A DNA stretch of 64,000 bases from Octopus vulgaris. Its lineage: Eukaryota. The stretch lies in contig OX597824.1 of assembly GCA_951406725.2 (NCBI GenBank), positions 4,712,001 through 4,776,000 on the forward strand, given 5' to 3'. The translations under genes and the position numbers were made by a program. The stretch's first letter is position 1. Each line of letters opens with the position of its first letter. Shown here one piece after another: positions 25,851 to 34,940 of the stretch. The notes beneath the pieces are model-generated. The model was not told the origin of the DNA, did no database searches, and saw nothing but the letters and a program-made list of their open reading frames with translations.

Positions 25851-26086
25851 ATAATAATAATTCTTTCTACTGGAAGCACAAGCTCTCAAATTTGGGGAAA
25901 GGGATTAAGTCAGTTACATCAAACCTGGTGTGTAACTGGTACTTATTTAATCGACCCCCAAAAGGATGAAAGGCAAAGTTGACCTTGGCAGAATTTGAAC
26001 TCAGAACGTAGTGGCAGATGAAATACCACAAAACATTTCATCCAGCATGCTAATGATTCTACCAGATCACAGCCATAATAATAATG

Positions 26087-26131
<45 letters not shown>

Positions 26132-26300
26132 TTGATACATGGTCTGACTTTGAGGAGTGGGTAGGGTTAACTGATTACATCAACCCCCAAGTCTCACTGA
26201 TATTGTTTTTCATTGACCTCCGAGTTAACTAGGTCAAAGTTAACTTCAAAATGACTTGAATTCAAAAATTTAAAGAACCAAAACAAATACTACAAGGCAT
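25851..26300 (-). mobile_element. two SINE family C copies around an (AAT)n tract
   Basis: aaggatgaaaggcaaagttgaccttggcagaatttgaactcagaacg; (AAT)n at about 26075-26131. Confidence 0.8.
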
Positions 26301-26569
26301 TTCCGTACTGAAGTTCTATGAACTGTTCATTAGAATGTTCATTATTTTCTTCTTCTTGTTCATTCTGTTCTGAAATTTGTCCTTGTATAGTCTTCTTTAG
26401 TGTGTGTATATATTTTGTTTTGTACAGTGGGTGTGTCTGGTAGACATTTTGAAAGTAAAAGGTTGTCAAAATGTGTAAAGCAATTAGTATGTAGTCTGTA
26501 AAATAAATCCTTTCCTTTTAATTTTAAAATCTTTTTTTATTTATTTCATTTTTTTGTTCACCTCCAGAA

Positions 26570-26695
26570 GGCATGTGGCCTAGTGGTAAGAGAGATGCAC
26601 TCACAATCGCCAAGTCATGGGTTCAATTACCTGACTGGGCAGTGTGTTGTGTTCTTGAGCAAGGCACTTCATTTCTTGTGCTCAACAGCTGTGCA
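26570..26695 (+). mobile_element. CORE-like SINE head (family D-related)
   Basis: gtggcctagtgg (A box), ggttcaattac (B box), gtgttgtgttcttgagcaaggcactt. Confidence 0.7.
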
Positions 26696-27081
26696 GAGAC
26701 TGCTATGTCAAAAAATAGACTCAGCATTTCCTCTGCATGTCATAAAAGGCAACTAAAGGAGGTTGAGGTAGGATTTGCACTTTGATCTCATAAAATCTTC
26801 CCCATCAATGACTACACAAACAGACCCATGAGCTGCAGGATTTTTGCTTGAGTGGTGCAAAGATGTCATCTGCCAGGAGTAGGATGGAATCAGCAATAAT
26901 TAATGGATGTGGCAATGGGCTGGTACAACACAAACCCTCATAACACCACCACCATCTCCACCACAGCATAAGGAGGCAGACCATCTTCAGGTAACTAAGA
27001 TCCTTTTATAGAAGTACTCTAAAGAATTTTCATTTGGTAAAATCGAAACTTGCAGTGGTAAAAACACATCTTTGCACTCTA

Positions 27082-27489
27082 AATAATATTTTCTATTCTA
27101 GGCACAAGGCTCAAAATTTTGGGGGAGGGGCCCAGTCAATTAGATCGACCCCAGAATGCAACTGGTACTTAATTTATCAACCCTGAAGGGATGAAAGGCA
27201 AAGTCAACTTTGGTGGAATTTCAACTCAGAATGTAAAGACAGACAAAATATCTTACACTGTGAATAATCATAATCATCCTTTCTACTGAAAGCACAAGAC
27301 CTGAAATTCTGGGGGAGGGGACTAGTTGATTACACTGACCCCAGTGTATCACTGGTACTTAATTTATCAACCCTGAAAGGATGAAAGGCAAAGTTAACCT
27401 TGACAGAATTTGAACTCAGAATGTAACGACAGGTAAAATATCACTAAGCATTTTGTCCAGTGTGCTAACGATTCTGTCAGCTTGCCACC

Positions 27490-27553
<64 letters not shown>

Positions 27554-27790
27554 TAATAATAATAATAACAATAATAATCCTTTCTATTATAGGCACAAGG
27601 CCTGAAACTTGGGGGAGGGGGATAGACAATTACATCAACCACAGTACTCAACTGGTACTCATTTTATCGACCCTGAAAGGATGAAAGCTAAAGTTAACCT
27701 TGACGGAATTTGAACTCAGAATGAAGCAACAGGCGAAATAATGCTAGGCATTTCACCCAGCATGCTAACAATTCTGCCAGCTCACTGCCT
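27082..27790 (-). mobile_element. head-to-tail array of three SINE family C copies with (AAT)n spacers
   Basis: Three repeats of ggcacaag..gggggagggg..actggtactt..ggatgaaagg.aaagt.aac. Confidence 0.9.
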
Positions 27791-28249
27791 GAATAATGAT
27801 AATAATGATAATCAACATTTAACATCCATTTTCCATGCTAGTATGGGTATAAGCTTATAGTTTGCGGAAAGAGACCCTGTGAGATCTCTGAGAACACATT
27901 GCTGTCTACTCTCAGAGAATCAACTAGAACTCTGAGAAGTAAAATAATCATAATAATAACAATAATAACAATAATAATTAGCATGACCTGTGGAAATTCC
28001 ACAGTGTAAGTCAACATATTTGAAAACATCATGTTACAATATTAAACACAAGCAAGGAATTTCAAAACATTCTTTTGAAATCCTGCCATTTAATCAAAAT
28101 TGTACTTTCAAATATAATTGAAATGGACTTAGAAAGTATTGCTTATTTTCCTTCTTTAGTAAGTTTGACAGAAATGATGTGCTTTACAGTTAAAGGAAAT
28201 AAAAGATGAATTAAAATGATAAAAACTTATTCATGAGCATGCATGTGTG

Positions 28250-28266
28250 TATATATACATACATAC

Positions 28267-28298
<32 letters not shown>

Positions 28299-28333
28299 TA
28301 TATTATATTATATTATATATATATATATTATAT

Positions 28334-28367
<34 letters not shown>

Positions 28368-28407
28368 ATATATTATATTATATATTATATATATATATAT
28401 ATTATAT

Positions 28408-28456
<49 letters not shown>

Positions 28457-28684
28457 GCATATACATACATACATATATATTTTTTATTCACATACATAGC
28501 AACTCCATTTGCTAACCGTGAACTATAAAATTACTTTTTTCAGCTTATTAAACTTCGATATAGGAAAAATTTACAGCCTTCTGCACCAATAAACCACTAT
28601 TGTTCCAGAAAGTTGATTTTGCTATACCTTCTACACACTGCTTGAAGCTTACTAACTTCCTACACCTTGATCCTTGGATCTTAC

Positions 28685-28765
<81 letters not shown>
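28250..28765. repeat. (TA)n and (TATTA) microsatellite tracts
   Basis: Complex TA tract at 28270-28452 and pure (TA)n at 28688-28764. Confidence 0.95.
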
Positions 28766-28769
<4 letters not shown>

Positions 28770-29339
28770 CATGCATGCATACATACATACATATATGAAC
28801 CACACTTTTCGCTGTCCAACCACTACCAACACTCAGTCAAACTTATTTACCAATTGATATTATTCTCATTTCTTTCCATTTCAGTTCAGTTCAGCCACAT
28901 ATCTACTTGTATATTTATTAATATATCTCTCTGTCTGCAGATCTGTTGATATATCTGTAGACTCACCCATGTACATATTTATCTATCTAGCGAATTAACC
29001 ATCATATCTGCGTTCCCTTCTGTATTTGTCTACTCTCATAATACTAATAAGTATTTAAAACTAAAAACAAAAAAAAATTTGAATAATGGCAGAGCTCCAG
29101 AATGGCTACAGCCTTCAGTCTGGGACGTATAAAAGAATAAAGTGTAACATTCACAGCTATTTGCTAACTATGGTTATTTCACTTTAATTCAACAATCTAT
29201 TGATATATCATTTAATGCATAAATTTATAAATCTTCATCTTGTTAAACATTTCAACTGAGCCTATAATTTGAACTCACTAATGCAGAATAATAGAAACCT
29301 CCTCCTCCTTCCCTTTTCCCTCTGTTCCCCTTCTCTCGT

Positions 29340-29404
<65 letters not shown>

Positions 29405-29405
<1 letters not shown>

Positions 29406-29750
29406 TTCTTTTATTCTTTTACTCGTTTCAGTCATTTCACTGCAGCCATGCTGGAGCACCACGTTTAGTCAAACGAATCGACCACAGAACTCATTCTTTG
29501 TAAGCCTAGTACTTATTCTATCAGTCTGTTTTGATGAACCGCTAAGTTACAGGGACATAAACACACCAACATCATTATCAAGCAATGGTGGCAGACACAG
29601 ACACACAAGCATACACACACACACAAACACACCTGATGGGCTTCTTTCAGTTTCTGCTTACCAAATCCACTCACAAGGCATTGGTCAGCCCAAAGTTATA
29701 GTAGAAGAATCTTGTCCAAGGTGTCATGCTGTAGGACTGAACCCAGAACC
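29405..29750 (-). mobile_element. SINE family A, head truncated by a SINE-C insertion
   Basis: gtttcagtcatttcactgcagccatgctggagcacc...ggactgaacccagaacca. Confidence 0.85.
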
Positions 29751-30160
29751 AGTTTCAAATTTTGGCACAAGGCCTGCAATTTACAGAGAGAAGGTGCTGG
29801 TGGCACGTAAAAAGCACCCACTACACTCACAGAGTGGTTGGCGTTAGGAAGGGCATCCAGCTGTAGAAACTCTGCCAGATCAGACTGGAGCCTGGTACAG
29901 CCTCCTGGCTTCCCAGACCCCGGTCGAACCGGCCAACCCATGCTAGCATGGAAAACGGATGTTAAACGATGATGATGATGATGATGAAGGCTAGTCGATA
30001 TACATCGACCACAGTGCTCAACTGGTACATGTTTAATCGGCCCCCAAATGAATGAAAAGCAATGCTGATCTTGACAGCATTTGATCTTGGAATGTAAAGA
30101 CAAGCAAACTGCCACTCAGCATTTTGCCTTATGTACTGAGCCGTCTTTATTATTGCCACT
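29751..30160 (-). mobile_element. SINE family C interrupted by an RTE tail
   Basis: tttggcacaaggcc..gagagaagg [insert] ctagtcgatatacatcgacc.cagtgctcaactggtac. Confidence 0.75.
29795..29985 (+). mobile_element. RTE LINE 3' tail with a short TSD (gaagg)
   Basis: ggcacgtaaaaagcacccactacactc..gttaaacgatgatgat; gaagg at 29790-29794 and 29986-29990. Confidence 0.88.
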
Positions 30161-30737
30161 TAATAAGAATACAAGAACAAAAATAAGAGGAATGATTTAT
30201 TAAAAAAAATGAAATGGAAACAGAAATTGTAAATATCTCTACTTGGAATAAAATTTATTAGTTATTCAGAGAATAAATAATGCAATACATCTGCATTAAC
30301 AGAGGGAAAGGATGTTGTAATTTATCTCTAAGGTAACTGTGTTTGTTTGGAAAAGGAGAGATATATTGAAAATCTTTGCCATTATAAATTCCAACGTCTC
30401 GACAAATTAATAACAAAAGCAATAAAAACATTGGTCTGCTGTAGCCATTTTGAGCTATTTCCGAGACTGAAAAATTTTGCTTTCCTAATTCATAAATACA
30501 AGATGACAAAAAAGAATGGGAAAAAGAGATCCAAATAGAAGATCAAGAAGATTGAGAACATCCAGTGTTATTGCCAAGACAAAAGGTTTATGTCCTCCAC
30601 AATGAACAGCTTACATTGATTATTGATGGAAACATACAAACTCATAAAAAATCTGGTTCTCATGTACCTAAGTATGAGCAGTTTTGACTGCTTATTTGGA
30701 CAACCTCTTGCAATCATCTTGACCTTGTACCAGTTCT

Positions 30738-31042
30738 CATCATCATCATCATCATCATCATCGTTTAACGTCCGTTCTCCATGCTAGCATAGGTTGGACG
30801 GTTTGACCGGGGATCTGGGAAGCCAGATGGCTGCACCAGGCTCCAGTCTTATCTGGCAATGTTTCTACAGCTGGATGCCCTTCCTAACGCCAACCACTCC
30901 GTGAGTGTAGTGGGTGCTTTTTACGTGCCACCCGCACAGGTGCCAGGTGAGGCTGGCAACGGCCACGGTCAGATTGGTGCTCTTTACATGCCACTGGCAT
31001 GGAAGCCAGTCGAGGCGGCACTGGCATCGGCCACGATTCGGA
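30738..31042 (-). mobile_element. RTE LINE 3' UTR fragment
   Basis: (CAT)n followed by cgtttaacgtccgttctccatgctagc..gatgcccttcctaacgcc. Confidence 0.88.
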
Positions 31043-31340
31043 TATAAGAAAAAGAAGCTTTGCACATTATGGTTCTAAAATATGGAATGCATTACTAGCA
31101 TCCATTAAAAATTCTTATAAAATTTCAACTTCAGAAAAGAAACTGAAACCATTTTTTGAGCTTCCAATGTCAATCCAGAATAAAGTATTCAACTTCGTGC
31201 ATCTGAACAATAGTCTTAGAATAATCAACAATGCAATGAACAGCTATGCACTGTAAATGTTTACCGATGGAAAGTATGTTCTTATATAAATTCCATAATG
31301 AGCATTGTGTAGCTAATTTGACTTGGGTGGCTGGTTTCAT
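31043..31340 (+). mobile_element. CR1/L2-group LINE C-terminal remnant
   Basis: IRKRSFAHYGSKIWNALLASIKNSYKISTSEKKLK (ORF 30999..31256) resembles the RSF-Y-G-K-WN-LP motif; probably continues upstream of the RTE insertion (about 30350-30737). Confidence 0.5.
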
Positions 31341-31799
31341 ACATTAATTGCATATAATTATTTCCACTTATGACCATAATGATAACCAAACAGGTGACCA
31401 AATTGACAGCATGGTAGACAATCCACCCAAAACTCAATCATTTGTTTGTTTGCACTGTGCCAAACCGCAGCCTACCAGCAAACAAACAGAACACATACAC
31501 TGAGTCTGTCTGGTCGATAGTTACAACACAAGCACTACTTCTAATTCATATTTAGTATGTATCATTGCGGCATACCAGTTACACTATTTGTATACAGTCA
31601 TAGGCTCTCTATATATATCAACAATAATAATAAGGCTCATTATGAAGTTGCATAACATTAGTTTTAATTCTTTATATATACACACACACAGCCTTACATA
31701 GACCTACACATGTTTCCACTGCAGTGATTAGGAACTGTTACAATTGCAGCACTACTATAATATCAGTGTATTTTCTTCAGGGTCTTTACTTAATATCCT

Positions 31800-32042
31800 T
31801 TCATTTAACATTATTTACATTTGATGGATATTTGTCCTCATCTTTTTTGTTGTTAACATAACATTTCAGCTGATATACCCTCCAGCCTTCATCTGGTGTC
31901 TTGGGGAAATTTCAAACCTGAGTTCTCCTTCCTAAGGTATTTTTCGAAGTTATTATTATTATTATTATTCAAGTCACTGCCTGGAATCGAACTCGGAATC
32001 TTGGGTTAATAGCCTGCACTCTTAACCAATATGCCATATGCC
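31800..32042 (-). mobile_element. tRNA-headed SINE with an (AAT)n linker and a hammerhead-like 3' part
   Basis: Reverse complement: ggcatatggcatattgg (A box)..gagttcgattcc (B box)..(aat)n..gacac-cagatga-aggctg-gagggtata-tcagct-gaaat-gtt-atgtt. Confidence 0.75.
31855..31900 (-). ncRNA. degenerate minimal type I hammerhead ribozyme
   Basis: Stem I GACAC/ATGTT, core CAGATGA (one change from CUGAUGA), stem II GGCTG/CAGCT, GAAA, short stem III, GUU triplet. Confidence 0.55.
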
Positions 32043-32044
32043 TG

Positions 32045-32120
32045 TGGTGTAGTGGTTATGAGTGCAGGCTACTAACCCCAAGATTCCAAGTTTGATTCCA
32101 GGTAGTGACCTGAATAATAA
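32045..32120 (+). mobile_element. inverted second copy of the same tRNA-like head
   Basis: tggtgtagtggttatgagtgcaggctactaaccccaagattccaagtttgattccaggtagtgacctgaataataa closely matches the reverse complement of 31961-32036. Confidence 0.85.
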
Positions 32121-32431
32121 TTGATGATAATAACAACAACAACAACAGTAGCATACTTACTTTATTATTTACTCTTTTTACTGATTTATATCTAGATAAC
32201 AACATCAAACTACTCATTCAAAATCTTAATAAAACCAAAATAATCAACACTTTATCTAAAAAAAAATAAAACTCCCTCACCCCACTACAATCAACACTTA
32301 AATATCTTAATCTTATAAATCTAAAAATTAATATATACCATAAACGTAGCTTCCACTCTAATCAAAAATTCAGCAACAATTCCTATCAATATTCCTATAA
32401 ACAAAAAGAGCACAGTGTGAATAACGGACTA

Positions 32432-32568
32432 GTCAAAACTATTGAAAAGGTTGCAAAACGCAATTAAAATTCTAGAAAAATAAATGAGTGGAAATTTTAC
32501 CAGTGAGTGTGTTAAATTATAAGGCACTAAAAGAGAGTGACTCTCCCCAGACATGACAATATATATAT
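32432..32568 (+). mobile_element. copy 2 of the hammerhead-like (TA)n-ended repeat
   Basis: Aligns to 4155-4295; CTA-TTGAAAA-G-GTTGC-aaaac-GCAAT-TAA-AA-TT-C-TAG at 32439-32475. Confidence 0.75.
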
Positions 32569-33206
32569 GGTGTTTGTATTATGAGTGTTGTTGGTTAGAG
32601 TAATTACATTTAATCATAACAAAAGAAAAAAATTGCCAAAATTCTTGCTAAATGAAGAAGTTGCCAAAAATGTACCCAACTGTTGCAATAGTAGTAGCAA
32701 ACATCATGAAGATGTTACAGCAGGATTGGAAATCTTGGAGTGAGATATGGAGAACATATCGTATTGCAGACCCATCCAACATGTCAACAGAAAAAAGAAA
32801 ACAGTCCAATGACGATAATGGTGATAATGATGACGACAACGACAATGACAATGGTGGCCACTGACGCCAATACTATCATCATCATCATCATCAATACCTC
32901 CTGCAACCATTTTCTCCAATTTCTTTTTCTATTGATCCCAGTGCAGTGACTTAGCTTCCATATCAGACACAGTCTCAGTGAACTAAATTGCAATATATTT
33001 TAAATACATCAATAAAATATCTTGTCACTTTTCCAGACTGATTTATATTTTCCCTGTCAAATTTCCAATATTATCTCTTTTAAACCTTCATAGAAATTCT
33101 ACCACTAGATTATTTGTTCTTCAAAACTAATAACTTAGTTGTTCAATGATATTTGCTGTTCTTTTCATCTGTTCATTTCTTGTGTACTGCTCTCTCTCTC
33201 TCTCTC

Positions 33207-33259
<53 letters not shown>

Positions 33260-33829
33260 ATATGTGTGTGCGCATGAGACTACATATATTTTATCGCATA
33301 TTTTTTAAAGTACTTATGTTTGTATTTTTGTATGTGTGAGTACAAATACATATTTATATTTTATATTTATATTTATACAATTTTTATACAATCGAAACAC
33401 TAAAGGTACAAAGAAAAGGGAAACAGTGTAAGAGGATACGGATACCGATTCATTTCATATAAACATACAAGCATCTACATAGATGTTTGTGTGCAATATA
33501 TTAATGTTTAATATTTCACATACATGCACATACACAACCTGTATACAAATCTTTTACACACATATATATATTTAATTATTATGTATATATATATATATTA
33601 TGAGTGTATATATATATATTATGTGTGTATATATATATATTATGTGTGTATATATATATATATATAATGTATCTTTGGACACATGTCTGTGTGTCTGGTG
33701 CAAGTGTGTGCAGCATCTATTTTTAATATTTGTAAGCACTTACTAATGACAGCTTCAGCTTGCTTATGATCTCTTTTGTTGATACTTTAGCCTATTCTGT
33801 AAAATGGCTGTGATTCAATATTTCAATAT

Positions 33830-34167
33830 ATGCATATACATACATACATATGTACATACGTACATTCATACATACATACATATATACACACACATACATA
33901 TGTACATACACATATACATTTATACATACATACATACATACATATATACATAGGTACATACATACATACATACATACATATATACATTTATACACACATA
34001 CATATGTACATACATATATACGTTTATACACACATACATATGTACATACATATATACATTTATACACACATACATATGTACATACATATATACATTTATA
34101 CACACATACATATGTACATACATATATACATTTATACACACATACATATGTACATAAATACATTTAT

Positions 34168-34212
<45 letters not shown>

Positions 34213-34220
34213 CATACATA
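33830..34220. repeat. (TACA)-derived 36-bp minisatellite plus (CA)n/(TA)n
   Basis: Unit tatacatttatacacacatacatatgtacatacata repeated about 5 times; 12-aa periodicity in overlapping ORFs. Confidence 0.9.
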
Positions 34221-34331
34221 CAAATATGTGCACTAGTGAATCAGCTAATGTTTACGTTGCTACATTTTCTTTATGATTGTCTTTTTTTTATATTTTAATG
34301 ATTATATTTATTCATACCATAATTCTGTTTA

Positions 34332-34420
34332 TGTATGTGAGTGTGTATGTGAGTGTGTACGTGAGTGTGTACGTGAGTGTGTACGTGAGTGTGTACGTGA
34401 GTGTGTACGTGAGTGTGTAT
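34332..34420. repeat. 12-bp tandem repeat (gtgagtgtgtac)
   Basis: About 7 units read directly. Confidence 0.9.
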
Positions 34421-34482
34421 GCGTGCATAGTGGTTTTTGATTGTTGCATCTTGTTTTTTGTTTATTATTTTTTATTTCTCAG

Positions 34483-34523
34483 ATTTCCTCATTCAGGTTA
34501 TGTTTCCCATGAAAAGAAAGACG
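34483..34523 (+). CDS. candidate small internal exon of an unidentified host gene
   Basis: Long T-rich tract ending tttctcAG, 41 nt open in two frames (FPHSGYVSHEKKD or FLIQVMFPMKRKT), then G|GTAAGA donor; no homology recognised. Confidence 0.35.
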
Positions 34524-34626
34524 GTAAGAATCAAAAAATGAAAGACAAGTGTGAAGAATGATTAGTTATCATGAGGAGGCTTAAGTTTGCAACTATAGTA
34601 GCACCATGACGAAGAATGTGTATGTG

Positions 34627-34684
34627 TGAGAGAGAGAGAGAGAGTGGGGGAGGAGGAGGAGGAGAAGAAGAAGAAGAAGAAGAA

Positions 34685-34743
<59 letters not shown>

Positions 34744-34826
34744 AGAAGAAGAAGAAGAAGAAGGAGAAGAAGGAGAAAAGAAGAAGAAGAAGAAGAAGAA
34801 GAAGAAGAAAGAGGAGGAGGAAGAAG

Positions 34827-34857
<31 letters not shown>

Positions 34858-34940
34858 GGAGACTGACAATCAGAACAAAAAAGAGACACAGATAGAGAGA
34901 GAAAGAGAGAGAGAGAGAGAGAAAGAGAGAGGTGGAGGAA
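34627..34940. repeat. polypurine (GA)n/(GGA)n/(GAA)n microsatellite
   Basis: About 210 nt of pure GAA/GAG at 34647-34856, flanked by (GA)n. Confidence 0.95.

Noticed and set aside
28233-28949. YI-, VC- and HT-rich ORFs here and at 10.3-12.3, 33.8-34.3 and 51.5-51.8 kb
   Set aside because: Translations of (TA)n, (CA)n and (TACA)n microsatellites
31976-32110. Two tRNA genes
   Set aside because: A and B boxes are present, but there is no clean acceptor stem or cloverleaf and both run into (AAT)n; they are SINE heads
32200-32420. Possible mitochondrial insertion (A/C-rich strand)
   Set aside because: No recognisable mitochondrial gene or tRNA; composition alone is insufficient
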